The notes beneath the pieces were generated by a model. It was not told the DNA's origin. It searched no databases and saw only the letters and a list, made by a program, of their open reading frames with translations. Shown here piece by piece: positions 12,855-26,981 of a stretch of DNA of 64,000 bases (positions are counted from its first letter, which is position 1; each line of letters opens with the position of its first letter). The position numbers and the translations under genes were made by a program. Origin of the DNA: Octopus bimaculoides (taxonomy: Eukaryota); the NCBI RefSeq assembly GCF_001194135.2, contig NC_068993.1, forward strand, positions 14,564,020-14,628,019, in the 5' to 3' direction.

Positions 12855-12965
12855 CATCACCTATACTGCTTTAGTAGAAAACACTCGTCCAAGGTGCCAC
12901 ACAGTAAGACTGAACCCGGAACCATGTGTTTGGGAAGCAAACTTCATAACACTCAGCCACACCTG
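12855..12965 (-). mobile_element. SINE family A head
   Basis: ccaaggtgccacacagtaagactgaacccggaaccatgtg..cagccacacct matches 55040-55125. Confidence 0.85.
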
Positions 12966-13417
12966 TATATTCTTTTCTGTAATTGCGTAGCCATGTAGAT
13001 ATAAAGCTATTAATAATAACAGGTCATTGTTGTGTTGAAAAATTATTTCTGATAGAAAATTTTAAAAGTGGTCCTCGGGAATTGAACCTACATCTCTTTT
13101 ATACATGATGGGCGTTCTTTCGAATGTTTATAAATTCTTATTACGTCAACAGCATTCAATCCTCGCTGGTGAGCAAAAAGTCTCTGAAATACAAACAACA
13201 TTTCGAAGGTTCGCTTTGGTAATGCCCATTTCATATATCGAATATATATAGTTTCGAGTGTCACGGGCAGCCTTTAACTTTATCTACCGTAAAGTCTTTT
13301 ACAGCCCAATATTTTCATGCTTATTCTTAATAATTATATATGCACGTCGAGATCCTATTTCTCGAGATCCACCAACTCCCGAATGCTTACGAATTTTTAT
13401 GGTGTCATATATATATG

Positions 13418-13465
<48 letters not shown>

Positions 13466-13537
13466 TGCGTGTGTGTGTTTATGCATAAGTATGCGTGCAT
13501 TAAAATTTCGAAGTAATACAGTGAGAGTGCCTTCCAA

Positions 13538-13591
13538 GTTTCGGCCTGCTAGTCTTCATCAGTGTCGCGGGAATAACAGGCTGAAACGTTT
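13538..13591 (-). ncRNA. Hammerhead-like core (CUGAUGA-stem II-GAAAC), probably a PLE terminus remnant
   Basis: Minus strand reads CTGATGA AGACTAGCAGGCC GAAAC. Stems I and III are not clearly formed. Confidence 0.4.
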
Positions 13592-14639
13592 ACGTCACTC
13601 TCAACCTTGTATAAGCTGTAAGTGGATGAACGTGTTCTCTACTAAAGAGTATTGAGTAATCTTCCAGTTTCATCTTAAAACGTATTAGCATTAACTTGAC
13701 ATAAAACAAACACAGACACACACAGACTGCATACTTTAGTAGGTCCAGGTATAACAACAGCTAGCTTATGTTTACATTTAAATACAAAGTCTATATCAAA
13801 TTAGACTGTTCAGCTTGGTTTTCATATACATTCTTCCATATATTCCAGGGTTACAATCGACATGTCGATCTATAAATGGAAACTTGTATGTGCATATTAA
13901 TATTTATTGATCCGATCTAATGTAACTCGTTCAACTTCTCTGTCAACTTACAAATCTATCCTTTATTTATCTGATAAACGTTTCAATCAATCGATGAATT
14001 AATTAATATATTTCTTTATCTCGCGAACAGGAAAGATGACTGTGATAGTATAAATCGCGTGACTAAATCCATTACAGTAATCATAACAAGATTCTATATT
14101 CGCGTTTGAGATTTCACCCTAGTGAGTCAAGGTTACATTTTATTTATTCGAATTAATTAAAATAAGTAATAGCTATATTCTGTTGTCGTTTAAAGTCCAA
14201 CAGATATCCAGTGCATCACGCATAATAATTTTCCCCGTGGGTATAATTGAAATTGGCTTTTCAAATCAACAAATACAATGTCAATATTACGGCGAGGCTG
14301 CTGCTAACTACTGACTGGCTTTTTCGTAAAATATTCTGCCTGACATAGCAACCAAATTCTCCAGAGATTACAAATTGTAATCTTTATAAAACCGGGAAAT
14401 ATAGTAGAAAAAATTTGTTGTGATTGAAGAAAATGAAGAGATGCTAATAACTGGTAGACTTCTGATAATGTCTTTTGTTTATCAAGGTTCACATAGTGCT
14501 AACAAATAAAAATAAAGAAAACAAAAATAAATATATAAAAGAAGCACGTGCTTAATAACAATCACAATCATTAAGGCAATTTAGCAACATTTGGTCCGGT
14601 ACAAATTGTATAGAATACCCATGATAGGCCTGCCGCACA

Positions 14640-14850
14640 TAGACAGAATATTTTGGCACAAGGCCAAATATGACGGGGGTGAGAGTAAATCGATTTCATT
14701 AACCGTAATGCTCAACTGGTACGTATTTTATCAACACTGCAAGCATGGAAGGCTAAATCCACCTCAGCGAAATTTAATCTCAGATCGTAAAGAAGGCGAA
14801 AATGCCGCTCTGCATTTCGCCCAGCGTGTTAACGATACTGTTAGCTAGGT
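14640..14850 (-). mobile_element. SINE family B, diverged
   Basis: ctcaactggtacgtattttatcaacac..acctcagcgaaattt..ctcaga..cgtgttaacgatactg parallels 25255-25463. Confidence 0.75.
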
Positions 14851-15254
14851 TCCTTACGTTGGCTGAATATCACCAAGTAGTTTCCCTTTGAATGTGATGC
14901 ATAGTACACTTTAAAATGTCTCCTTTAAAATGTCACTTTAAAATATGATTTTAGGTTAGTTCAAATGTGTTTGTGATATATTTTAATTTCTAAAGCAAAA
15001 TCACGCAGTTTACCGAGAAGATAAAAAATCCGCTCTCATGGTAAATGTAGCTGCTCGGTACCTCCCGTTAGTGTACACCTCGATTTGCTTCTAGTTTTCG
15101 TCGGATGGAAACACTGGAAAGATAACTCTGGGTATACTATAAAGCTCCAGGTTTATATAGGAACAATAAATATCACTGACTAGCGCGGCAGCGACTCTAT
15201 TTGTTCTGGCCAAGCGGTCTGCAAGCGCAGGTCAGTCGCTAATATTGATTGTTC

Positions 15255-15450
15255 TAAGTGTGTGTCTGTGTTTGTTACGTGATCAGCGCTTGACAACTGA
15301 TGTTGGTATGTTTACGTCCCCTTAACTTAGGGTTTCGGCAAAAACTACCGGTGGAATAAGTCGTAGGGGTCGACTTGTTCGACTAAATGCGGTGCTCCAG
15401 CACTGCCGCATTCAAAATGATTGAGACAGTTCAAAGAATAAAAGAAGTAA
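15255..15450 (+). mobile_element. SINE family A, 3' half
   Basis: ttgacaactgatgttggtatgtttacgtcccc..ttcggcaaaa..gcggtgctccagcact. Confidence 0.85.
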
Positions 15451-17918
15451 AAGAATAAATATGCATTATGGTCATTATGGAATGACTATTTATCTTCGAA
15501 TTTTCTGAGGTCATTTTTCGAAATCTGCCATATGTTATTACTTTTGCTTACTGCATCAGTTGTAAATTACAGAAATGTTTTTTTTTTTTTTTTTTTTTTT
15601 TTTGCAAGTCAGAGTGAAATATGACATATGAAGGAAAAATATACGAAGTATGAGAAAAATGGATTTTGTTTAAGGTCACTCAACCTACCTGAAATATAAC
15701 AGGAAAATCTATCATAAATCACACCTCAATTGCTAAATAATGGAGTGTATAGTCAAATGTTCGCATGACCACAGTTCAAAGAAGGGAAAAATTATATGAA
15801 TGTGTGCATATGTATGTGCGTATATGAATTTGAGAATTCAAGAATGTGTCTCAGAGCGTGCGTGAATACTACATATACATAGAGATATATACAATTATCG
15901 GAGGAGTTACATATATTTTTAATAACAGTTCCGCCGAAGTAACATATATTTAAATTCATATACAATACGTGATTGGTGTGTACATTACATTGTGGAAAAC
16001 ATGCTGTATCGTCTTACCTCGCTCTAAAATCCTCTACATTTTAATATATTATCCATGATATCGTAAGCTGTCTTCGAGAAAAGTTTGAACTTGCGACATA
16101 CGAATTGAAATAGTACTTGTCTCTCGTATCTGTTATTAATTTGACAGATTGGGTCTTAATCAATGAAACCTGAGTCTTCTTATGTTCTGGAAGACATATG
16201 TCTACATCTTCTAAAGATGTTTAATATAGAAAAAAAGATCCAGTATGGAAAGGAAACAAATGTCGACACAAATAAGCATAAACACGTGCGATTTGTATGA
16301 AATAAATGGGGTCAATAATATGAATGGATTTAAATGCGATCTACTAAAAAATATACATCAGTATATGCGTGGGGGTGGGGAGGAGTGTATATATGTAATG
16401 TATGTATATATATATATATCTATCTATTATATTTCTCTCTCTCTATATATATATACATATNNNNNNNNNNNNNNNNNNNNNNNNNNNNNNNNNNNNNNNN
16501 NNNNNNNNNNNNNNNNNNNNNNNNNNNNNNNNNNNNNNNNNNNNNNNNNNNNNNNNNNNNNNNNNNNNNNNNNNNNNNNNNNNNNNNNNNNNNNNNNNNN
16601 NNNNNNNNNNNNNNNNNNNNNNNNNNNNNNNNNNNNNNNNNNNNNNNNNNNNNNNNNNNNNATATATATATATATATATATATAAAAATACATATACATG
16701 TACAGATACACATCTAAAGCGCACGACCACACACACACGTGTGTGTGTGTGTAAAGAAACTTCCCGTTTCCCTGTTTTAAACAGCCCACCCGTAAGAATA
16801 TATGCTTTTGAGAACTTATGAAATTAGAAAGAGTGATGATAATAGTTATTTGCTGAGATTTGATATGCAGAAAAAAAAAGTATGATATTATTTTTTTTTC
16901 AATTATTATTTTACTTTAGTTTAGTTTTCGATTTTATGAATTAATTTCTTGTGAATCTGAAAGATAAAACGCCCGAATACATCCGCTTGTAAATGATGCT
17001 GAAGTTGAAGGTGGAAATAAAGTACAACCTGCCACTTTCTGTTATTTCTTTTTTTTTTTCTTTTTCACACTCACAGTCTTTCTCTTTTACCACACCTCCT
17101 TCACTCACTCTCTCTTAATATACATGTGTATAGAAGTTTTCATATACATCTGCTTCTGCATAGATGTGTATCTTTATCTATAGATGATTATATTTCAGGA
17201 AATTATAGATATGTCAAGCCATATTTTTTTGGCCCAGCAAAAATTTTTAACTGACACATACTTTATTTATTGTTACTTCATTTCCGCAATAAGTGGCTGG
17301 TTAAGTTGACTATTCTAACTGCATGAAATATGGAAGTATATGCGAAACGCACATCTACTTACACACAATCGTACTTACTTACAAATACACACGTTTCTTA
17401 GATCTTAAAATATTAACCGAATTATTAATCAAGACTTACTTTTGAATGATAAATGTATTATCAGATACATTATTAAAATACGAAATTCATCTTCTAATTA
17501 TTTCGCGAGTACAAAAATATGAGTGTTGGCTAGTGATACACGTACTAAGTAACAAAAAAGATCAGTAGTTTCTGATAGAGATATAGAAAGATAGACCTAC
17601 CCATATGGATGTGTGAGTATATGTGAACATATTCAAGCTTGTGTGAAAATGTGCACAAAACACACAAACATATATATAAATGCATATGTGCATATATGTA
17701 TATATGTATCTACAAATGTATGTATGTAGGCATGTATGCATGTCTGCTGATGCAAACAAGATATATAGAACTTAAAATATGACTATATGCATATTTTTAT
17801 TAATATTTAGCAGAAGCAACAGTGACTAAATGACGAAATCCCCAAATTCTCGGCTGTTGAGTCATTCTATTGGTTTTGCTAAATATTAAAATACGTATAT
17901 ATACGTTTATATATGCAC

Positions 17919-17950
<32 letters not shown>

Positions 17951-18293
17951 ATATGTATATGTATATATATANNNNNNNNNNNNNNNNNNNNNNNNNNNNN
18001 NNNNNNNNNNNNNNNNNNNNNNNNNNNNNNNNNNNNNNNNNNNNNNNNNNNNNNNNNNNNNNNNNNNNNNNNNNNNNNNNNNNNNNNNNNNNNNNNNNNN
18101 NNNNNNNNNNNNNNNNNNNNNNNNNNNNNNNNNNNNNNNNNNNNNNNNNNNNNNNNNNNNNNNNNNNNNNNNNNNNNNNNNNNNNNNNNNNNNNNNNNNN
18201 NNNNNNNNNNNNNNNNNNNNNNNNNNNNNNNNNNNNNNNNNNNNNNNNNNNNNNNNNNNNNNNNNNNNNNNNNNNNNNNNNNNNNNNNNNNNN

Positions 18294-18330
<37 letters not shown>

Positions 18331-18589
18331 TATGTGTGTGTACATAGTATACTCTCACATGTATACGCACACATATATACAAACATGTATAAAATATCTA
18401 TATATGTGAGAGTGAGTGTGTGTGTGTGTGTTTGTGATTGCCTCTGTGTGTGTATCGGTGTATGCGAGTGTTTGCAAGGGTTGTAATCTCTGGATTAATG
18501 TGCCTGATTTTCGAATTTGCATTCGTGTATACCTTTTTGACCACCCTATCGGCAGCTGTGTCATTGCCGGAGAGTCACCTCAAAACGAG

Positions 18590-18960
18590 CGTGGATATTT
18601 AAGGAAACTTAGAAATCTAGTAGAACAAAAGTTGACACTCATCAAAATGACAGATGAATTCAGTATATGAACACCAGCAGGTTACCAATACCACTCCACA
18701 ACATAGTAGCATGCACGTTGTTGAAAGAGAAGACTTTAGATCGTTTTGGGAGTCATGGACTATATTACTCGTCTGAAAATCTACTAAGAAATGGGGAGAG
18801 CGAGCAGGTGACCTGCAGTAGTGGCAAGCATTCACTAGTCCATCACTACTTTCTGCAAGAATCCTTCAAGACAAAGACTAAGTTAATTGAATGTAAAACA
18901 AACCAAAGAAATTCGTTGTAGCATTTATGTTAAAGAATGTTTAATCAAATTGTAGTTTCC
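18590..18960 (+). mobile_element. Possible degraded RTE-clade LINE 3' region
   Basis: Mixed frames LVEQKL..FSI*T.QVTN, KRRL, MGRASR.PA resemble the LEKKLDG..LNISW..HVTN / RRLR.AGH / GRRSRGRP C-terminus. Confidence 0.35.
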
Positions 18961-20321
18961 AAATTTCACTGGCGGAAGGAGAAGATACTCCATATCTACG
19001 TTACGAGAAGAAGATCCTTCATACTGAAGGTTGTAGTAGTCGGAAAATCTACACCTAAAACTCCACAATTAAGCATCTGTATACAAGTATCTTTTCCAGT
19101 ATGAAACTGTATCTTAAATCTTAGAGAAACAAAAAATTCCACACTTGACGGACATGAATGTCATCTTCGATGTAAAAAAAAGAGCCATGTTCACACAATC
19201 TATATATTCTGTGTGTACGCGTATGTGTATGTGTGGGTATTTGTGTGTGTATGCGTGTATATGTGTGTGTGAGTGTCTGTGTTTGTTTGTGCGTGCGTGT
19301 ATGCATGTTTATGTATTTTGTATTTGTGTGCATGTGTACAGGTTTCTATAAGTATTTTCTCCATCATTTCCGTTGTTTATGAATTATATATAAAATGAAA
19401 TGAAATCAAATACCGGTCGTGGCGCCTAGTATATTTGCAATCGGTTGGCTGAAGCTATCATTTCATACAAAGTATGAGTTCTTTACAGCTATTACATAAC
19501 TTATTATTAATTTGGTATAGATTGTATAATCTGTCTTATGTAATTAATCACCCGACATTCATTCTGTTTTGCAACAGCTATGATTATGTAGTTCAAAGGT
19601 TGGTAAAAACTTTAACGCTGCTGCTAAGAGACACTCATGTTAATACATACGATGAACAATATGTATCTTTAATTCTACATATGCATAGATATATGCAACT
19701 TATATTAATGTTATGGCCTCAAGGCTTAAAACGTTTCCACCATATTTGTTTTGGAGACATTATCAACGAGGTCTTTTTTAAATGTGAATGCGAGCGGAGT
19801 TTCGCCTTCGGGCGTGAAATTCAACACTCTGTTTTATTTAGATTCAGTGTTGGTAGAGTTTGTAGTTAATTTAACAGCAAGCTCTCGGATATTTCAACGT
19901 GCATCGTTTTTTATTGCCATCCCTACTGAAATAACATTCAGCTATAGAGTTTATACCATAGGAAAAATATCACATACTAAATAAAGTTTATTGTATATTT
20001 TGGCTTCGGACTGCAACGAAACGCCTCTAAAAAAATTATATGTGTGTTCGTCCACATAAGAGATTTCAGGTTAACTCTCGACCAGCAATAAACAAAAACA
20101 GCAGAATTATCGCGGATAACACACAAATGTTAGCAAATAGTAAGTGCACATTCGATAACATTGTTCAAGATAGAGAAGGGGCCGAATTGTTACGATTGGA
20201 AAGGTTTGAAGTTAAGTGTGTCTTTTTTAAATGACGTCTCTCCTGTTGCTAAAGAATGACAATAATTTGTGTTCAAATGAGATATATATGTGTATGTTTC
20301 TTTATGCGTGTATTTATATTT

Positions 20322-20366
20322 AGATAGATAGATAGATAGATAGATAAATACATAAAGAGATGAATG

Positions 20367-20410
<44 letters not shown>

Positions 20411-20419
20411 TATAGATAT

Positions 20420-20466
<47 letters not shown>

Positions 20467-20500
20467 TGTATCTATGTACGCATATATATATATATATATA
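20322..20500 (+). repeat. (GATA)n microsatellite
   Basis: Directly visible. Confidence 0.97.
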
Positions 20501-20779
20501 CACGCACACATATAGATACAAATATGTGTGTGTGAGCGTCAACATGTGATTGCGAGTGTAGGGAGTGCATGTTGTCTTTGTGTGAGTGTGTTTGATGTCC
20601 CGTTAAATATCTTCAACGAAAGTGGCATGTCTGTTATAATTTTCTAATTAAAAATATTGTATGAGTCACTGAAACACATACGAGTAGATTAGAACCTCAC
20701 AACCACGCTTCTCTAAGACAGTGAACCCCAGTCTGCATCGACTAAACCCGCTGATATATTCATTTATTTTCAACATTAG

Positions 20780-20932
20780 TTTCGTATAAAACTTGCCCTT
20801 CTTCATACTGATAAGAAAGAAAAGAACTCAAAGGACCGTGATCCAGTGTACAAAGGGGCACTCATCTCACATGTCACTGGGATTTGTGTAAAACCCTGCT
20901 GGTTCTTATTCAATGAGTCATCAATTCACAAG
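20780..20932 (+). CDS. Candidate coding exon, unknown protein (FRIKLALLHTDKKEKNSKDRDPVYKGALISHVTGICVKPCWFLFNESSIHK)
   Basis: Acceptor tttattttcaacattag|, 153 nt (51 codons, phase 0-0), donor AAG|GTGGTT. In-frame stop at the acceptor. Confidence 0.4.
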
Positions 20933-21247
20933 GTGGTTGAAGGATGAACTTAATTATACGTGAATAGCGTGAAATTAACATGCTATAATATGGAAAGCGA
21001 ATACGTCACAGCATCGATTTTATGCTTTCCATGCGAAGAATCATCCTATCTTACGCTTTTACCCCAAATGATTCTCAACACACGACTACATTTAAACGAA
21101 AATCCTTAAAACGAGAGAAAAAACAGAAAGATATGTTATGTGCAACCTTCGAATTTCATATATGTACACTGATACCTTTATGCGTTATAGGTGCATGTGG
21201 GATGCGTTTCAGAAACACATATACGCATACTCATACACATACACAAG

Positions 21248-21285
<38 letters not shown>

Positions 21286-24200
21286 CATGTGTGTGTGTGT
21301 GTGTGTATATATTGATATATAAAAGATATATGTATATATATATTTATATATATATATATATATATACATATATATATNNNNNNNNNNNNNNNNNNNNNNN
21401 NNNNNNNNNNNNNNNNNNNNNNNNNNNNNNNNNNNNNNNNNNNNNNNNNNNNNNNNNNNNNNNNNNNNNNNNNNNNNNNNNNNNNNNNNNNNNNNNNNNN
21501 NNNNNNNNNNNNNNNNNNNNNNNNNNNNNNNNNNNNNNNNNNNNNNNNNNNNNNNNNNNNNNNNNNNNNNNNNNNNNNNNNNNNNNNNNNNNNNNNNNNN
21601 NNNNNNNNNNNNNNNNNNNNNNNNNNNNNNNNNNNNNNNNNNNNNNNNNNNNNNNNNNNNNNNNNNNNNNNNNNNNNNNNNNNNNNNNNNNNNNNNNNNN
21701 NNNNNNNNNNNNNNNNNNNNNNNNNNNNNNNNNNNNNNNNNNNNNNNNNNNNNNNNNNNNNNNNNNNNNNNNNNNNNNNNNNNNNNNNNNNNNNNNNNNN
21801 NNNNNNNNNNNNNNNNNNNNNNNNNNNNNNNNNNNNNNNNNNNNNNNNNNNNNNNNNNNNNNNNNNNNNNNNNNNNNNNNNNNNNNNNNNNNNNNNNNNN
21901 NNNNNNNNNNNNNNNNNNNNNNNNNNNNNNNNNNNNNNNNNNNNNNNNNNNNNNNNNNNNNNNNNNNNNNNNNNNNNNNNNNNNNNNNNNNNNNNNNNNN
22001 NNNNNNNNNNNNNNNNNNNNNNNNNNNNNNNNNNNNNNNNNNNNNNNNNNNNNNNNNNNNNNNNNNNNNNNNNNNNNNNNNNNNNNNNNNNNNNNNNNNN
22101 NNNNNNNNNNNNNNNNNNNNNNNNNNNNNNNNNNNNNNNNNNNNNNNNNNNNNNNNNNNTATATAGGGAGAGAGAGAAGCACAGAGAGAGAGAGAGAGAG
22201 ATAGAGAGAGAGAAAGAGAGGGAGAAAGATAGAGAGAAAGAGGGAGAGAAAGAGAGATAAAGGGGGCAGAAATAGCATTGAGAAGGAAGAGGATGTCTAT
22301 ATATCTTTGACAATATTTTGAAAATCTTCTACACAAGATACACTCACAGCTTTATACCTATTATTATTATTATTGAAACAACAGGATACGATCTAAACGC
22401 GCCTCTATAATTCGGGAGAGAGGGAGAGAGAGAGAGAGAGAGAAACAGAGTGATGGTGGGGGTGCAATCCTTAGTTCACACGCTATGACGTAATCTGCTA
22501 CAATGAATATCAGTAAGACCTTTTTTAAGAATGATGGGAAAGAGCTAATGGTTTCCTTAACATCCTTAGAAGAAAATAGGAGACCGGTCAATATTAACCA
22601 AAGCTTCAAAAGAGAAACGGAACATAACTGCACACACACACACACACACACACACGTATATCACATCATATATAATATCGCTATAATCATATATGCTGTA
22701 AAGGGTGTGGTTACACTCTGCTTCGCTTTGCAGAAATCACTAAAGTGGTTAATATGAATTAGCAGAGAGGGTTATATGTCGTAATGTAAAGATTTAGTGC
22801 TTTTAGTTAATTATATAACATGGTTTTAGTCTAGCATTCTGGAACGTACAATGAAAGAACCAATATTGGTGTGAATAGTTCTTTGAATAACCAAAGTGCG
22901 TGTTACTTTATCGAGCACCAGACCACTGGAACTAAAGGTAAACAGAAGTTACATCTAAAATATGTACATACACAAATATGGAATACATTCTGATACACAT
23001 GTGTGTGTGTCTGTGTGTATTTGTATGCGTGTGTTGCTGTATGAAAAGTGTTGTACATATTTCCATCATGAAATGCTGATTGCCAAATTGTACCAACTCC
23101 CACAGTATGTGTTCTGCAAAATGTGAATCTGCTTTACTCGAAAACGACTGTTGAAAAAAATATCAATAAAAAGAAATATTTCTATTAATATGTGAACGTC
23201 ATTTTTTTTTTTGTTATATGAATCGCAGTATACATAAATTTCAATATAGTAATTTTAACACTAAAGATCTGTCTTGAAGTAAAAGATAAAATGAAAATAC
23301 TTGCAATAATTATTGTCACAGATTAATAATTTCATTGAACATTTAAACTTACCCGACGCTTATTTGTATTTTTCTGTTACTCTTTACGAAATACACACAC
23401 GTATACATCTCCATATGTGAGGAAGTGGTGAGTGATGTATGTGAGATTTAACATTTTACAGGATGAAATCTCTGAAATCAAGGATGTCTCTGAAAGTCTT
23501 AGGAATGGCAGAAGCATCCCAAATTAACAATTCTGTATTTGTTCTTCCTGTTAAAATTCGTTCTTCAGCATTTAAATCCTGTTTTCTCCTACTTGGCTGT
23601 TACTTATAATCCACTATCTCCATTAGTAGGACCACCGACTGCATCTCGGAGTTTTGAAGAGTGGATATTCTGTTGCACGCATTTGGTGTATGTCTCGGGT
23701 GCGAGGATACATTTCTGAACCAACCTCAGATAGCCTGAAATGTATGATAGTCACTGGCCTTCTTTTCTGATAGAATGATTAAAATACATTCATGCTTATA
23801 TACAAACGACACATACATACACACGTACAAACACAAGTACACACACAGACACACGAAAACACACACAGAGAAAGACACCCACACTAAGAGATGTTCACCC
23901 AGCGAAAATTATATAATTTTTATGTGCTTCTCTATATGCATGTTTTGGTAATGTATGGAAGACTAAATTTATAAAGATGTGCTTATTTAAATTTTACTCT
24001 TCTATGTTATCAAGTTTTTGTTAGCCAGAGAGAATCGAGTTCTTGTTTCTTTGCGTCTAGGGAGAACATGTATGTCTATAAATTACTCAAAGAAATTCCA
24101 ACTTTGTCAGATTTTCACGATTTATTTACAATCTTATAAATAACATAATATAATATAATATAATATAATGAATTGGTAGAATGTTAAATGCTAATTCTGA

Positions 24201-24697
24201 TTGAACTAGTACTTTCCTGCCACCACGATCACAACCACCAACACCACCAACAATAACAACAACAGCGACAATAGTAAAAAAGATGATAATAATGCAACAA
24301 ATACTGCTTTGGTCAGAGTCAAAATAGAGGTCTCTTGACAAGTTCAACAAACCGTGACGCCTAAATCAAACACTAACCAACTTAAATAATTTAGTAAAAT
24401 CACACATTGATTGGTCAAAATCAGTTTACAAAAATTAAGATTCTGAAACCTATAAAAATGTATTTAAGGCACAGAATTTAGTCATCTAACTACAGTTGTA
24501 AATTGTAAACTGTCACTACTACTACATGAACCTGAAGATTGCATAGTTTAATGCATGGAAGTATTAGTTCAATCAGAATGAACAGTTAATAGTCCATTTC
24601 ATTATATTATAATATAATTATATTATTATATCTAATATATTATTATAAGACTGTAAATAAAACGTGAAACTCAGACAAGGTTGAAATTTCTATACAC

Positions 24698-24750
<53 letters not shown>

Positions 24751-25254
24751 TTTATATACAAATATATGTGTATATATGTATATACATGTACATTTACATA
24801 GACATGTATGTGTATACATATATTTACACATTTACGCACACACGTATATATATTATAGAGTGAGAGAGAATGAGAGAGAAAGAATGACAGACAGAAGGAG
24901 TGAGAGAATTATAGATATAGATATATTATTCTTTAACAAGAATTGTTTTGTCAGTAATTTCGAAGTTTCGATCTGTTTAGCCTTCTTCGGTCTATCCGAC
25001 TGCTATTGTTAAAATATAAAACTTATGTACTTCACGATGAGTATAGAGTAATTCTTCAATTTAATGGAAGAATTGTTCCTGTTTTATTATAACGATTACA
25101 GCGTGGAAGACACAAGTTAACCATTCAGAAACCCACAAAGATGATGTCATATTTGCCGTCGCTCGAAACTCCGACCTTGTCACTGACATTAATGAAATGT
25201 TTATGTTTGGAATAAGTTGTAATTTTTCGAAGTGGCACATAAATGCTCTAAATA

Positions 25255-25463
25255 ATGGTTCCAAATTTCGCCACAAGGGCAGGAATTTTTGCCGACGGGA
25301 TGAATTAATTACTTCGTCTCCAAATGCTCAATTGGTACTTATTTTATTGACCTTGAAAGGATAAACGGTAAAGTCGAACTTGCAGAATTTGAACTCAAAA
25401 CGTAGCGACAGGCGAAACGCCGCTAACATCTTATCCGGTGCGCTAAAGATTCTGCCACCTCGC
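25255..25463 (-). mobile_element. tRNA-derived SINE family B
   Basis: Minus strand: gtggcagaatctttagcgcaccgg..ttttgagttcaaattctgcaagttcgac..tcctttcaaggtcaataaaataagtacc; A/B-box-like head. Confidence 0.85.
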
Positions 25464-26038
25464 TAAATTAAATGCTTTAAATATAGCATGTATGTATTGG
25501 GTTGTATCTGAAGCCAAACTTCTGTGATTCTCTATCCAAGAAGGATTCTTCTGCCTATTTACTAACTTTTTTAATAGTATTTGTTTGATGATTTATCCAT
25601 CTTCACGTTATGAGTTCAAATTCTATTGAGGCGTCTTTGCCCTTCATCCATACAAGATTGATGACAAGTCTCACTTAAGTACTAGGAGAAGATATAATTG
25701 TAAAAAAATGCCACTCCTGCATATATTCGAGCCTCACCATGTATGGGCTTCGAAACCTTGTTCTAAAAAGGAATTCTTTATGTTATCTCGAAAGTTTATA
25801 AATTCTTATGACATCAAAAATAATAATTTTTATCAAAACGAACTTCATTGCTAGAGTTAGAATAAATAAATAAATTGCTGACGCGTCGACATGTTCTTTT
25901 TTTAAACTTTTAATTACTACAATAAAATACTATAAAATTCTCTTAACGCATCGTTAACATACGTACGGACACACACTCACACAAACACACACACTCACAC
26001 AAACAAACACACTCACACAAACACACACACTCATAACA

Positions 26039-26069
<31 letters not shown>

Positions 26070-26880
26070 TGTGTGTATGTATGTATGTATGTACATACAT
26101 AGTCATTAATTTCCAATAGAGAAAAGAAAAAGTATGTCAAATTATGAACTAGTAAACCGATATAACTTGAATTTGTTATCTTAGTTATTTACCTCACATT
26201 TTAGATTTAATTAATATGTTTTATTTAGATTAAAGCTAGATTAATTACATATATTTACATATGAATAATTTCCTCAAGCAAATATTATTTACATATTGAA
26301 CAATTTATTTAGTTTTCTTCTTGCTTCAAAATTTCAAGCTCATATGATATTTTGATTAAAAGTTTTACGTAGCGTCACTTGGTCACCAGACCTTACGGAA
26401 TGTCATTGATATTTTTAATATCTATTTACGCATGAAGTGATAATCTCAATTTATATATTCACTAAACTCTTACCTACAGTAGTATTTTTCTTTTTTAATT
26501 TGATACTCATTTATTCTCAATCAAGTAAAGAGAAAAAATCTGTTTGAAGCTAGGAAATTATTTTAGAGCATGAATGATTGAATTTATATTTTTTAATAAT
26601 AAAAAAAAAAAGAAATACCAGTTCAGTTAAATTTAACATTTTTTTTCTTTGTCGTTCACTAGACTTATTCCTCTCTGCGTATTTCACTATCTCCGCATGT
26701 CTCAAAGTTATTTTTTGCGTATGCATATGTTTATGTATGCACGCATGTTTGTATGAATGTATGTTCGTATGTAAGTATGTATGTGTGTATGTACGTTTTA
26801 TTATATTATACGTATATATATAAATACATATACACACACACGCACACGCACACACACACACACATACACACATACACACA

Positions 26881-26981
<101 letters not shown>

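Noticed and set aside
14990-15250. CpG-richer patch with TATAAAG and a 7-bp inverted repeat
   Set aside because: No coherent promoter, tRNA or exon structure could be supported.
25965-26035. 18-nt-period CA-rich minisatellite giving CVCLCE repeats
   Set aside because: Derived from (CA)n; not coding.
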